From an uncultured Verrucomicrobiae bacterium (GTDB lineage Bacteria > Verrucomicrobiota > Verrucomicrobiia > Chthoniobacterales > JAATET01), in contig CAVRCI010000007.1 of NCBI GenBank assembly GCA_963719495.1, forward strand, positions 64,001-128,000: a stretch of DNA of 64,000 bases, written 5' to 3'. A model generated the notes under the pieces. It worked only from the letters and a program-made list of their open reading frames with translations. It did not search any database and was not told where the DNA came from. Both the position numbers and the translations under genes were made by a program. Shown piece after piece: positions 1 through 10,033 of the stretch; position 1 is the stretch's first letter; each line of letters begins with the position of its first letter.

Positions 1-245
1 GTCTTCTTCTTGGCGCTGATCCCCTCGGGCAGCGCACCGACGAACTTCGCGTTCAACCCCGCCTTGTTAAAAAGGGATTTCAGCGAAGACACGGAAGGCG
101 ATTTGTCGTCGAACTCCATGTAGACGATGTCGTGGTTCGTATCGACCTTGTAGCGAAGGCCGTTGAGCGTATCGAGTTCGAGCGCCAGGCCCATCATCTT
201 GTCCGCGTGGCGGACGCCGGCTGCGTAAACTTCCAACTCGATCAT
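1..245 (-). CDS. Small hypothetical protein, runs off window start
   Basis: Own translation from ATG at 245: MIELEVYAAGVRHADKMMGLALELDTLNGLRYKVDTNHDIVYMEFDD...; open to the edge; not in ORF track. Confidence 0.7.
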   Translation of the reverse strand, partial: MIELEVYAAGVRHADKMMGLALELDTLNGLRYKVDTNHDIVYMEFDDKSPSVSSLKSLFNKAGLNAKFVGALPEGISAKKK

Positions 246-360
246 GCGCGTTATGATCCTCCCCCGACCGATCCCAAGCAAGTGAGAAATGGGCCGAAGC
301 GGGAGTCCCCACACTTTCGCGAGACACGCCCGCCGCCCCGCGTTATTCTCCCGGCACACT

Positions 361-2193
361 ATGCGTTTTCTCATCTCCGACACCACGTCCGCCCCCGCGA
401 AAAAGACCCCGCTCCGCTCCGAAGTCGCCTCCGCCGACACCTGGGACCTCACCCCGCTCTTCGCGGACGACGCGGCTTGGGAGTCCGAATTCCAAGCCCT
501 CCAAGCCGACTACCCCACGATTGCGAAATTCCGCGACCATCTCGCCGAAGACGTCACCACCCTCCTCGAAGCTCTCGAATTCGAAAAGTCCGTCGATCTC
601 CGCATTGAATCTCTCAACCAATACGTCGCCCTCCGCACCACCGAGGACAGCTCCGACTCGACCGCTCTCTCGCGCGAAGCCCGCTTCCAATCCGTCCTCG
701 TCCAGCTCGCCGAAGCCTTCTCCTTTCTCGCTCCCGAGCTACAGGCCATCGACGACTCGCTCTTCGACCAATGGCTCGCCGACCCCGCGCTCGCCGACTG
801 GCAGATCCCCCTCCGCAAGCTCCGCCGCCTCAAGCCGCACACGCTCTCACCTTCCGAAGAGCGTCTCCTCGCCCTCGGGTCCGCCGCCCTCGCCGGACAT
901 CAGGAGACCTTCTCTCAGCTCACGAACGTCGACATGAAATTTGGCACCGTCCGCGACGCCAGGGATCGCGAGATCGAGCTCACCCAAAGCTCCTTCTCCT
1001 CGCTCCTCAACAGCAAGGCCCCCGCCGTCCGCCGCGACACCTTCCATCAATTCTACGAGGAATTCGAAGGCCACAAGTTCACCCTCGCCTCGTCGCTGGC
1101 GAATTCCGTCCGCACCGACGTCTTCCAAGCCCGCGCCCGCAACTACCCGAGCGCCCGCGAAGCCGCTCTCTTCCGCGACGACGTCCCGGTCACCGTCTAC
1201 GACAACCTCATCGCCTCCGTGCGAAAGAACCTCCCCGCCCTCCATCGCTACTACGACCTCCGCCGCCGCGTCCTCGGCCTCGACGAGATCCACCACTACG
1301 ACACCTACGTCCCGCTCGTCTCCGAGATCGACACCGACATCCCGTGGCAGGGCGCCGTCGACCGCGTCCTCTCCGCCGTCCGCCCGCTCGGCGACGACTA
1401 CGCCGCCACCCTCGGTCACGGCCTCACCGACGGCCGCTGGTGCGACCGCTACGAGAACAAAGGCAAACGTTCCGGCGCCTTCAGTTACGGCACCTTCACG
1501 AGCCCGCCTTACATCATGATGAACTACAAGGCCGACGTCTTCTCCGACGTCTACACCCTCGCGCACGAGGCCGGCCATTCCATGCACACCTGGTTCTCGA
1601 CCCGTGCCCAGAGCTACCAGAATTACCACTACCCCATCTTCCTCGCCGAGGTCGCGTCCACCTTCAACGAAATGCTCCTCACCAAGCACCTTCTCGACGA
1701 AAACGCCGACGACCCGCGCATGAAGGCCTACCTCATCAGCCGCCAGATCGACGACCTCCGCGGCACCCTCTTCCGGCAGACGATGTTCGCCGAGTTCGAG
1801 CGCGAAATCCACGCCATCGAGGAACGCGGCGACGCCCTCACCCTCGACACCATGCAGGAGACCTACCAGAGCCTGCTCACCGCCTACTTCGGCCCGAACT
1901 TCGCCCTCGACGACCAACTCCGCTTGGAATGCCTCCGCATCCCGCACTTCTACAGCGCCTTCTACGTTTACAAATACGCCACCGGCATCAGCGCCGCCGT
2001 CGCCCTCAGCCAGCAGGTCCTCGAGACGGGCGACGCGACCGACTATCTCGCGTTCCTAAAAAGCGGAGGCAGCCGTTTCCCGATCGAAACCCTCGCCGCC
2101 GCCGGAGTCGACATGAGCACCCCCGCCCCCATCGACGCCGCCCTCAAACTCTTCGCCACCCGAGTCGAAGAACTCGAGACCCTCATGGAGTGA
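361..2193 (+). CDS. pepF: Oligoendopeptidase F (M3B)
   Basis: TWDL N-terminus, GKRSGAFS, zinc motif TLAHEAGHSMH, AEVAST, RIPHFY..FYVYKYATG; start approximate. Confidence 0.93.
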   Translation: MRFLISDTTSAPAKKTPLRSEVASADTWDLTPLFADDAAWESEFQALQADYPTIAKFRDHLAEDVTTLLEALEFEKSVDLRIESLNQYVALRTTEDSSDSTALSREARFQSVLVQLAEAFSFLAPELQAIDDSLFDQWLADPALADWQIPLRKLRRLKPHTLSPSEERLLALGSAALAGHQETFSQLTNVDMKFGTVRDARDREIELTQSSFSSLLNSKAPAVRRDTFHQFYEEFEGHKFTLASSLANSVRTDVFQARARNYPSAREAALFRDDVPVTVYDNLIASVRKNLPALHRYYDLRRRVLGLDEIHHYDTYVPLVSEIDTDIPWQGAVDRVLSAVRPLGDDYAATLGHGLTDGRWCDRYENKGKRSGAFSYGTFTSPPYIMMNYKADVFSDVYTLAHEAGHSMHTWFSTRAQSYQNYHYPIFLAEVASTFNEMLLTKHLLDENADDPRMKAYLISRQIDDLRGTLFRQTMFAEFEREIHAIEERGDALTLDTMQETYQSLLTAYFGPNFALDDQLRLECLRIPHFYSAFYVYKYATGISAAVALSQQVLETGDATDYLAFLKSGGSRFPIETLAAAGVDMSTPAPIDAALKLFATRVEELETLME

Positions 2194-2201
2194 GATTTTG
2201 A

Positions 2202-2283
2202 TTCTCACGCAAAGACGCAGAGGCGCAGAGAATTTCAGGTCCGGAATGCATTCCCTCTGCGTCTCTTCGCCTCTGCGTGAGAA
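2202..2283. repeat. Imperfect inverted repeat of CGCAGAG units between convergent genes; possible bidirectional terminator
   Basis: ttctcacgcaaagacgcagaggcgcagag ... ctctgcgtctcttcgcctctgcgtgagaa. Confidence 0.7.
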
Positions 2284-2286
2284 AAA

Positions 2287-4197
2287 TCACTCGTCCAACT
2301 TCAGATAGGTGTAAGACCCGAGCACCTTCTCGTAAGTCTTGAGAAGCCGCATCGCCTCCTTCGGCTTCAGCCGATCGCTCTTGATCGCCGCATCCGTCTG
2401 AGCCTTCACGCGTCGGATCAACTCGTTCGTGTCCCACTGGGTCAGCGAAAGCACCTGCCCCACCGTGCTCCCAGCCAGGGCCTCCTCGACGTAGTAACCG
2501 CTGTCCTCATCCTCATCGAGGAACACGTGCATCTCGTTCACGCGCCCGAACAGATTGTGCAGGTCTCCCATGATGTCCTGATACGCCCCGGTCAGAAAGA
2601 ACCCGATGTAATAAGGCTTTCCCGCCTCCCAACGGTGCAGCGGAAGCGTCTCCTTCACGTCCTGGAGGTCGATGAATTTGCTCACCTTCCCGTCCGAGTC
2701 ACACGTGATGTCGACCAGCGTCCCGTTGCGATCCGGCATCTCGTTCAACCGATGAATCGGCATCACCGGAAACAACTGCCCCAGCGCCCAATGGTCGAGC
2801 AACGACTGAAACACCGAAAAATTGCACAAATACTGATCGCCCAACGCGACCTCCATTTCCTTCACTTCCTCCGGCACGTAGCGCATCCCGCGAAATCCCT
2901 CGACGATCCTCACCGCGATTTCCCAGTAGAGCGTGTCCACCTTCGCCTTCGCCCGCAGGTCCAGCAGCCCCAGATCAAACATCGACTGCGCCCGCTCGCG
3001 GATCTCCAGCGCGTCGTGCAAATTCTCCAGCCGGTTCTTTTTCCCGAGGTTCGCGTGGATTTCCACCATGTCGTGCACCGGCGGCGGATCCCCGTCCTCC
3101 GGCACCACCGGCTCGTGCTCCGCGCTCTTCTCGATCGACCCGAACGCCTCGACCACCAGCACCGAATGGTGCGCCACCAGCGCCCGCCCACTCTCGCTCA
3201 CGATCGTCGGATGCGGCACCTCCTCGGCGTCGCACACGGCCTTGATGCTGGCCACGATGTCGCGCGCGTATTCGTCCAACGAATAGTTCGTCGAACTATC
3301 GAACGTCGTCCGCGACCCATCGTAATCCACGCCCAAGCCACCCCCGACGTCCAGATAGCCCAACTCGTGCCCCATCTTCTGAAGCTTCGAATAAAACCGC
3401 GCCGCCTCCCGCGTCGCCCGCTTGATCGTCCCGATGTCCGGCACCTGCGAACCGACGTGAAAATGAATCAACCGCAACGCGTCCGCCATCCCCTCCGCGT
3501 GCAGCATGTCGCTCGCCCGCACGAGGTCCGCCGTCGACAACCCAAACTTCGCGTTCTCCCCGCCGCTCGTCGCCCACTTCCCCGCGCCCTTCGAAAGCAA
3601 TCGCACGCGAAGCCCAATGAGCGGACTCCCGCCGAACGCCTTCGCTACCTCGAGGATGTGCTCGAGCTCCTCGAGCTTCTCGACCACGAGGATGACCATC
3701 TTCCCCAGCTTCCGCCCCATCAACGCGATCCGGATCAATTCGGAATCCTTGTAGCCGTTGCAAATGATCAGGCTCTCCGGATCGGTGTGCATCGCGATCG
3801 CCGCCATCAGCTCCGGCTTGCTCCCGGCCTCGAGGCCAAAATGATATTCCTTCCCGCCGTCCAGGATCTCCTCCACGACCTCGCGCAGCTGATTGACCTT
3901 GATCGGGAACACCCCCTTGTAGCAGTTCCCGTAGCCCTCCCCCTTGACCGCGTCGGCAAAAGCTCGGTTCACCGTCGCCACCCGGTGGCGCAACAAATCC
4001 TGAAAACGCAGCACCATCGGAAACGCCAGATCCCGCTCCTTCGCCTCCTCGACCAACTCCATCAGGTCGATCGATTCCTTCTTCCTGCCCGTCGGCAGCG
4101 CCGCCACGTGACCCTTGGAATTGACGGCAAAATACCCCCCCCCCCAACGGTCGACGTTGTAAAGAGCGGTAGCGTCGGCGGGGCCAAAATCAGACAT
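2287..4197 (-). CDS. speA: Biosynthetic arginine decarboxylase
   Basis: VFPIKVNQ (PLP Lys), GLEAGSKPEL, HFHVGSQ, DVGGGLGVDYDGS, TCDSDG, GAYQDIMGDLHNLFG. Confidence 0.96.
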   Translation of the reverse strand: MSDFGPADATALYNVDRWGGGYFAVNSKGHVAALPTGRKKESIDLMELVEEAKERDLAFPMVLRFQDLLRHRVATVNRAFADAVKGEGYGNCYKGVFPIKVNQLREVVEEILDGGKEYHFGLEAGSKPELMAAIAMHTDPESLIICNGYKDSELIRIALMGRKLGKMVILVVEKLEELEHILEVAKAFGGSPLIGLRVRLLSKGAGKWATSGGENAKFGLSTADLVRASDMLHAEGMADALRLIHFHVGSQVPDIGTIKRATREAARFYSKLQKMGHELGYLDVGGGLGVDYDGSRTTFDSSTNYSLDEYARDIVASIKAVCDAEEVPHPTIVSESGRALVAHHSVLVVEAFGSIEKSAEHEPVVPEDGDPPPVHDMVEIHANLGKKNRLENLHDALEIRERAQSMFDLGLLDLRAKAKVDTLYWEIAVRIVEGFRGMRYVPEEVKEMEVALGDQYLCNFSVFQSLLDHWALGQLFPVMPIHRLNEMPDRNGTLVDITCDSDGKVSKFIDLQDVKETLPLHRWEAGKPYYIGFFLTGAYQDIMGDLHNLFGRVNEMHVFLDEDEDSGYYVEEALAGSTVGQVLSLTQWDTNELIRRVKAQTDAAIKSDRLKPKEAMRLLKTYEKVLGSYTYLKLDE

Positions 4198-4296
4198 CGG
4201 ACCGCGAATAAACTACGCTTCGACCGAATGTCCAACCCCACAAACAAACAAAATCCGACCGACCACCCGCGCCAAAGCCACCCCCCATCCAAAACC

Positions 4297-4330
4297 CTGT
4301 CATGCCGAGCGAAGCGAAGCATGTCTGGCT
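4297..4330 (+). repeat. Dispersed repeat family A (TGTCATnCTGAGCGAAGCGAAGnATCT)
   Basis: ctgtcatgccgagcgaagcgaagcatgtctggct; 8 related copies in window. Confidence 0.85.
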
Positions 4331-4398
4331 TCTCACCTCACCACCCGCCTCCGCACACTCGACGTTGACGCCAGGCGCCGCATCGTCGACAGAACACC

Positions 4399-5631
4399 AT
4401 GTTTCTCAGACACCTTCTCACCGTCACCCTGCTGACGGTCGCCGCCTCCAGCACCCGCGCCAGCCAATTTAGCGGCATCATCGCGTTCGGCGACAGCCTC
4501 AGCGATCGCGGCAACACGGTGGCGGAATTCGGTTTCCTCCTCAACGGCACCGACAGCTACAACTCGAACTTCTACGCCGACGGGCGCTGGTCGAACGGTC
4601 CAACGTGGATCGAAGTCGTCAACGACCAACTCGGCAACGGCACCTGGGCCCGGAACAACGGAAACGCGCTTTCCACCGGCACCAACTTCGCCTGGGGCGG
4701 CAGCACCAGCGGCTCCGGCCGCACCAACGGCGTCCTCGCCAATCTGCAAACCCAGATCCTCTCCTACCGCCTGAATGCCGTGGTCGGACCGCTCATCAGC
4801 TCACCCGGCTCGAGGCTCTTCGCCATCTGGAGCGGCGGCAACGACGTGATCAACGCCGTCCAGGGTGACTCGTCCGTCGACGTCGACGCCCTGTCGACCA
4901 CCATGGCCAACAATATCGCCCAGGCGATCACGACCCTCTACGACCTCGGCGGCCGGCAGTTCATCGTTCCGAACCTGCCCGATCTCGCCCAGAAGCCAAA
5001 TTACCTCACCAACAATTCTTTCGCCCGCCAATCCCGGGCCATTGTGAAAGCGTTCAACGCGAAACTCGCCACCCAGTTCGCCAACCTGCGCGCCGACCTC
5101 CCGGGCATCACGATCCACGCCTTCGATACGTTCGGCATCCTCAACGAGATCTTCGCCAGCCCCCGGCAATTCGGTTTCACGAGCATCGACCTCCCGGCTT
5201 ACGTCTCGGATCGCTCGCTGCCCCTCCGAGGCTACGTCCGCCCCCTCGCCGACGACTACCTCTTCTGGGACACGACCCACCCCACGCAACTCGGCCACTC
5301 CATTCTCGGGATCAACGCCCTCCAGCTCATCGCCGGCGGCGGACCCACGCTCGGCCGCGACGTCACCGATCCCACCGTCAACTTCAACCGAAAGAAAACC
5401 CGCGTCCGCGGCAAAACCCTCCGGCTCGTCGGAAACGCCCGCGACAACCGGTCGATCGATCGGGTGGAATACAAAGTCGGCCGCCGTGGCTATCGCACCA
5501 CCCGAAGAACCGAACGCTGGCGCGTGAGAATCCCGCTAGAATCAGGTAAGAACGTCATCCGCGTCCGAGCCTTCGACTTCGCCGGAAACGTCTCCCGAGT
5601 CAAACGCTACGTGGTAAAGCTAAAGCGATAG
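4399..5631 (+). CDS. Secreted SGNH/GDSL hydrolase with basic C-terminal Ig-like domain
   Basis: Signal peptide, FGDSLSD, GRWSNG, GGND, WDTTHP; tail DVTDP...DFAGN. Confidence 0.9.
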   Translation: MFLRHLLTVTLLTVAASSTRASQFSGIIAFGDSLSDRGNTVAEFGFLLNGTDSYNSNFYADGRWSNGPTWIEVVNDQLGNGTWARNNGNALSTGTNFAWGGSTSGSGRTNGVLANLQTQILSYRLNAVVGPLISSPGSRLFAIWSGGNDVINAVQGDSSVDVDALSTTMANNIAQAITTLYDLGGRQFIVPNLPDLAQKPNYLTNNSFARQSRAIVKAFNAKLATQFANLRADLPGITIHAFDTFGILNEIFASPRQFGFTSIDLPAYVSDRSLPLRGYVRPLADDYLFWDTTHPTQLGHSILGINALQLIAGGGPTLGRDVTDPTVNFNRKKTRVRGKTLRLVGNARDNRSIDRVEYKVGRRGYRTTRRTERWRVRIPLESGKNVIRVRAFDFAGNVSRVKRYVVKLKR

Positions 5632-5669
5632 GCAGCCAAGGAGGCGACAGCCTCCTTCCATCCAACAAC

Positions 5670-5770
5670 CTGTCATGCTGAGCGAAGCGAAGCATCTCTG
5701 GCTTACACTCCTCACCTCACCTCACCTCACCTCACCCACCCATCACCAGTCACCCATCACTCATCACCAG
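5670..5770 (+). repeat. Family A copy followed by (CTCAC)x5 and TCACCAG-type heptamers
   Basis: ctgtcatgctgagcgaagcgaagcatctctggct; ctcac x5 at 5711-5735. Confidence 0.85.
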
Positions 5771-5775
5771 CCAAG

Positions 5776-7047
5776 CTACCAGTTCACCACCGTAAACTGC
5801 CCCTGACTGATCGCGTTCGCTTCCTCCAAGGTAATCCACCGCTCCGCGTAGCTCGGCCCCCACGAATCCGAAATCGCAATCTCATCGGTCTCGTCATTGT
5901 AGCCAATGATCATGCACATGTGCCCGTTCTCGCGATCCGGACGAATGCTTCGCGCCGCCTTCCGATAAGGCTGCAACAGCTTTTTGTAAGCCTCCCAATC
6001 CGACACCGACTCCCGCTGCGCCGACCGCTCGGTCACGCTTTTGTCGACCGACCGCTCGACGAACATCGTCCACATGATCGGCAGCCCGTCGTCGATCTCC
6101 CGGGCCACGCTCTGGATCGTGATCCGACCGCCGCTCGTGTTCATCCGCCGACCGTATTGCCGCACCAGATCGTTCACCCCCGCCTGCATCGCCCGCACCG
6201 AAGTCCCGCCGCCCACCTCCGTCGACCCCGCCATCGCCAGCGAATACATGTCCGCCTCGACGCCGAGGTAGCGCAGCGCCCGTTCCCAGGTCGCCGGCAC
6301 GCAGTAGCCCTTCGGTCCCTGGTCCACCATGGGGATTTCGGAAAGAACCACGTCGCCATTTTCCCGACGGACGACCCGACCCGCCAACCGCTCCTTGAGC
6401 ACCGTGTCTTTCACCCGCTCGATGGCGACCCCATCCGCAACCACCGTCGGCACGATGCGCAGCGCGACGTATTCCCCGTCCGGAGCCGCGAGCAGGATCG
6501 CGTGGCCATTCCAATCCCACCGCAACACCCGCTCACTCGCGTTGCGTCCCTGACCGAACGTGTCATTCCCAGGTTCGCCCAACGTTTCCGTGAGCCGCTT
6601 GGCGAGCGCGTTCGCGTCCGCCTCGATCAATTTTTTGTAGTCCCGAAGCTGCCGCTGCAGCTCCGTCCGAGCCCGCGCCTCGCTCAGGCCCGGGTCGATC
6701 TCGATCATCGCGGCCACGTCACCCTTGTTCGCGAAGATCATGGAAATCCGATCCGCTTTGCCATCGTCGCCGTAGAGCGCCAACGAAAACGGCCGCGATC
6801 CCAGCACCCGCTCCTTCGCCCCGGAATAGCGCCGGAAGCTCGCGCTCGCCGTCGTCCGCGACTCCATCGGCCACTCCAACCGCTCGGCCACGTCCGCGTC
6901 CGGGTCATCCCAAAGGTTCGCGTCGGCCCAGATCTTGATCCCGAAAGCATCGTTCATTTCGTCGACGCCGACCTCCTGCGCGTCCGCCGGGAGGACGGCG
7001 AAAGCCGCGATGACGTTGCCGACGATCAGAGCGTGTGTCAGTCTCAT
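5776..7047 (-). CDS. Secreted C39-like cysteine peptidase
   Basis: Signal peptide; DQGPKGYCVPA, GHMCMIIGY, ISDSWG. Confidence 0.8.
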   Translation of the reverse strand: MRLTHALIVGNVIAAFAVLPADAQEVGVDEMNDAFGIKIWADANLWDDPDADVAERLEWPMESRTTASASFRRYSGAKERVLGSRPFSLALYGDDGKADRISMIFANKGDVAAMIEIDPGLSEARARTELQRQLRDYKKLIEADANALAKRLTETLGEPGNDTFGQGRNASERVLRWDWNGHAILLAAPDGEYVALRIVPTVVADGVAIERVKDTVLKERLAGRVVRRENGDVVLSEIPMVDQGPKGYCVPATWERALRYLGVEADMYSLAMAGSTEVGGGTSVRAMQAGVNDLVRQYGRRMNTSGGRITIQSVAREIDDGLPIMWTMFVERSVDKSVTERSAQRESVSDWEAYKKLLQPYRKAARSIRPDRENGHMCMIIGYNDETDEIAISDSWGPSYAERWITLEEANAISQGQFTVVNW

Positions 7048-7076
7048 GCTTCCGAAGCTAATTGATCCCAAGACCC

Positions 7077-8306
7077 ATGCGCACCCTTTTCCTCGACTGT
7101 TTTTCCGGCATCAGCGGCGACATGAGCGTCGCCGCGCTCCTTGACCTCGGCCTCGATCCCAAGGCCCTCGAAGCCGAACTCGCCAAGCTTGGCCTCACCG
7201 CCGAATACCGCCTCCGAGTCCACCGCGCCGCCCGCCAAAACATCGCCGGAACCAAATTCGACGTCCTTCTCACGCCGTCACCGCGCTCCCACCAATCACT
7301 CCTCACCAGTCACCAATCACACACCCACGGCCGCGACCACGCCCAGATTAAGAACCTGCTCACCGCCGCCGACCTACCACCCGAAGTCAAGAAGCGCGCC
7401 CTGGCCACCTTCCAACGCGTCGCCATCGCCGAAGGAAAAATCCACGGCATGCCCCCCGACGACGTCCACTTCCACGAGGTCGGAGCCATCGACTCCATCG
7501 TCGACATCGTCGCCTTCTGCGTCGGCGTCCACCTCCTCGGCATCGAACGAATCCTTGTTTCCAACCTCTTCGAAGGCACCGGCTTCATCACTTGCGCGCA
7601 CGGCCGATTCCCGCTTCCCGCCCCCGCCACCCTCGAAATCCTCGCCGGCATCCCACTCTCGCAGATCGACGAACCGTTGGAATTCATAACCCCCACCGGC
7701 GCGGCCCTCGTCGCCGAGTTCGGTGAATCCTTCGGCCCCATGCCCATTCTCCGCGTCGAGCGGATCGGCTACGGCCTCGGCACCCGCGACACCTCCCCCC
7801 GCCCCAACGTCCTCCGCGCCGTCCTCGCCGACGCCGACGCCGTCGACCCGGAGCGCGACACCATCACTCGCATCGAAACGAACCTCGACGACTGCACCGC
7901 CGAGATCATCGCCGCCTGCACCGAGAGCCTGCTCGCCGCCGGAGCCCTCGACGTCTTCACGACCGCGGCCCAAATGAAAAAAAACCGTCCTGGCGTCCTC
8001 CTCACCGTCCTCAGCGAACCCGCCGACGCCGAGCGCCTGGCCACGATCATCCTCCGCGAAACCACCGCCTTCGGAGTCCGCCTTGACGAGACTCGCCGGA
8101 TCAAGCTCCGCCGCGAAATCCGATCGGTCGAAACCCCCCACGGCCCGATCCACGTCAAATTCGGCTACCTCGGCAACGAAGTCATCCAAGCCACCCCCGA
8201 ATTCGAGTCCTGCCGGGAAGCCGCCAAGAAAACCGGCCAACCCATCCAGGAAATCTACCGCCAAGCCACCCGTGGAATCGGCTTCCAGCCGATCACCAAC
8301 CCCTAA
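7077..8306 (+). CDS. larC: Nickel pincer cofactor biosynthesis protein LarC
   Basis: DCFSGISGDM, VHFHEVGAIDSIVDIV, CAHG..P.PAPAT, ETNLDD, MKKNRPG, PEFE. Confidence 0.93.
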   Translation: MRTLFLDCFSGISGDMSVAALLDLGLDPKALEAELAKLGLTAEYRLRVHRAARQNIAGTKFDVLLTPSPRSHQSLLTSHQSHTHGRDHAQIKNLLTAADLPPEVKKRALATFQRVAIAEGKIHGMPPDDVHFHEVGAIDSIVDIVAFCVGVHLLGIERILVSNLFEGTGFITCAHGRFPLPAPATLEILAGIPLSQIDEPLEFITPTGAALVAEFGESFGPMPILRVERIGYGLGTRDTSPRPNVLRAVLADADAVDPERDTITRIETNLDDCTAEIIAACTESLLAAGALDVFTTAAQMKKNRPGVLLTVLSEPADAERLATIILRETTAFGVRLDETRRIKLRREIRSVETPHGPIHVKFGYLGNEVIQATPEFESCREAAKKTGQPIQEIYRQATRGIGFQPITNP

Positions 8307-8376
8307 TCGGCCCAAGCCGATTCACCCCTCCCCACCATTCACCATTCACTATTCACTGTTCACCAACACCACCCCG

Positions 8377-9081
8377 TCACATCATCCCATTCTCACGAAA
8401 GCTGTAATAAGGCTGCCGCCCCCCGTCCGCCGTCCCCATGATCACGTGATCCAGGAACCGCAACCGCAGCAAATCCGCACACTCCCGCAGCCGAGTCGTC
8501 AACCGCCGATCAGCGTCACTTGGCGAAGGATCGCCCGAAGGGTGATTGTGAATCAGCAAAAACCCGAAAGCCCCGCGCAACAAAACGGGCCGCAGAATCT
8601 CGCGCGGATGCGCGATGCTCTCGGTCAACGACCCAATGGAAACCAGCTCGTTCCAAATCATCTCGTATCGCGTATTGACCACCAGCACGTGAAGCCGCTC
8701 ACGGTCGAACGTCGCGAAATCCGCGCCGAGCAAATCGAAAACCCGTTCCGGCGTATCGACCTTCGGCTTCCGGTCCCCACCCCGCGCCAATCGCCGCCCG
8801 ACCTCGAATACCGCCGCCAATTCCGCCGCCTTCGCCGGCCCGATCCCCTTCGCCGCCGACCGGATCTCGTCGACCGAACACCGCGCCAACGTCGAAAGAT
8901 CCCCCGTCGTCTTCAGCAGATCGCCCGCCACCCGGATCGCGTTCCGCCCCGGAATCCCCGTTCGCAGGAAAATGGCCAGCAACTCCGCGTCCGTCAGACT
9001 CCCCGCCCCCCGCGCCGCCAGCTTCTCGCGCGGACGGTCGCTCTCGGGTATTTCGCTGATCCGCGCCGGTTCGTCGTCCAT
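8377..9081 (-). CDS. radC: RadC (JAB domain) family protein
   Basis: RPREKL, LLAIFLRTG, HhH GIGPAKA, HNHPSGDPSPSDAD, LDHVI. Confidence 0.92.
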   Translation of the reverse strand: MDDEPARISEIPESDRPREKLAARGAGSLTDAELLAIFLRTGIPGRNAIRVAGDLLKTTGDLSTLARCSVDEIRSAAKGIGPAKAAELAAVFEVGRRLARGGDRKPKVDTPERVFDLLGADFATFDRERLHVLVVNTRYEMIWNELVSIGSLTESIAHPREILRPVLLRGAFGFLLIHNHPSGDPSPSDADRRLTTRLRECADLLRLRFLDHVIMGTADGGRQPYYSFRENGMM

Positions 9082-9250
9082 CGGCGGAGACTGCCAGCTT
9101 TGCCGCCAATCAATCAAGGCGTCCGCCGCTCTCGGCCTTGCCCCCAACTTCCCTTTGCGCGCCACCGCTTTCGGCTTCATAGCAGAGTCGAGGATTGCGA
9201 CACTCCGCACCGTCACCTTTGAAACTCGACCCAATGACAACCGCACCGCT

Positions 9251-10033
9251 ATGGACCGTTTCTGGCTAGTCGCCGCCGCCTTCTGCTACCTCGCCAGCTT
9301 CGGCCACACGCTTTACGCCCTCGGCGCGCGGAAATTTCGCCCCGCCCGCTTCAACCTCGTCGCGATGATCGCCGGGTTCGCCTTCACGAGCGCATTTCTC
9401 TTCGTCCGCGGCGAACAGGTTGGTTCCTGCCCGATCACGAACCTCTTCGAAGTCCTCGTCTTCCTCAGCTGGTCCATCGTCCTCATCTACCTTGTCGTCG
9501 GTCCCGCCTACCGCCTCTCGCTCATGGGAGCGTTCACGAGCCCGCTCGTCCTCGCCATTCTCCTCATTGCCCTCCTCGCCCCCGCCGACTCCACCCATCA
9601 CATCGCCTTCCACAACGCCTGGGTGGAATTCCACGCCGCCCTCTCCATCATCGCCTACGGAGCCTTCGGCCTCGGAGCCATCGCGGGCCTCATGTATCTC
9701 GTCCAGGAGCGCCAACTCAAGCGCCACACCACCAACGAGCTCCTATACAACCTCCCACCCATCACCGACCTCAGCCGAGTCAACGGCCGCCTCCTCTTCG
9801 TCGGATTCCTCCTCCTCACCGTCGCCTTCGGAGCCGGAATCGCCGCGGGCCTCCCCGTCGCCAACGTTAAATCCGCCACGTCCCTCGTCATCTGGGGCGT
9901 CTACGGCGTGATCCTCGTCGTCCGCCACGCCAACCGCCTCCCCCCCCGCCTCACCGCCACCCTTTCCATCGCCGTTTTTACCGTGGCGCTCGTAACGCTT
10001 CCCGTGATCCAGGCCCTCTCCGTCCGAACGTGA
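9251..10033 (+). CDS. CcsA/HemX-like cytochrome c assembly membrane protein
   Basis: About 8 TM helices, CPITNLFE, H-containing helix, MYLVQERQLK...LPP; overlaps hemA start. Confidence 0.82.
   Translation: MDRFWLVAAAFCYLASFGHTLYALGARKFRPARFNLVAMIAGFAFTSAFLFVRGEQVGSCPITNLFEVLVFLSWSIVLIYLVVGPAYRLSLMGAFTSPLVLAILLIALLAPADSTHHIAFHNAWVEFHAALSIIAYGAFGLGAIAGLMYLVQERQLKRHTTNELLYNLPPITDLSRVNGRLLFVGFLLLTVAFGAGIAAGLPVANVKSATSLVIWGVYGVILVVRHANRLPPRLTATLSIAVFTVALVTLPVIQALSVRT

Noticed and set aside
8377..9081. radC as a mobile-element marker
   Set aside because: Full-length HhH plus JAB chromosomal type in a housekeeping context
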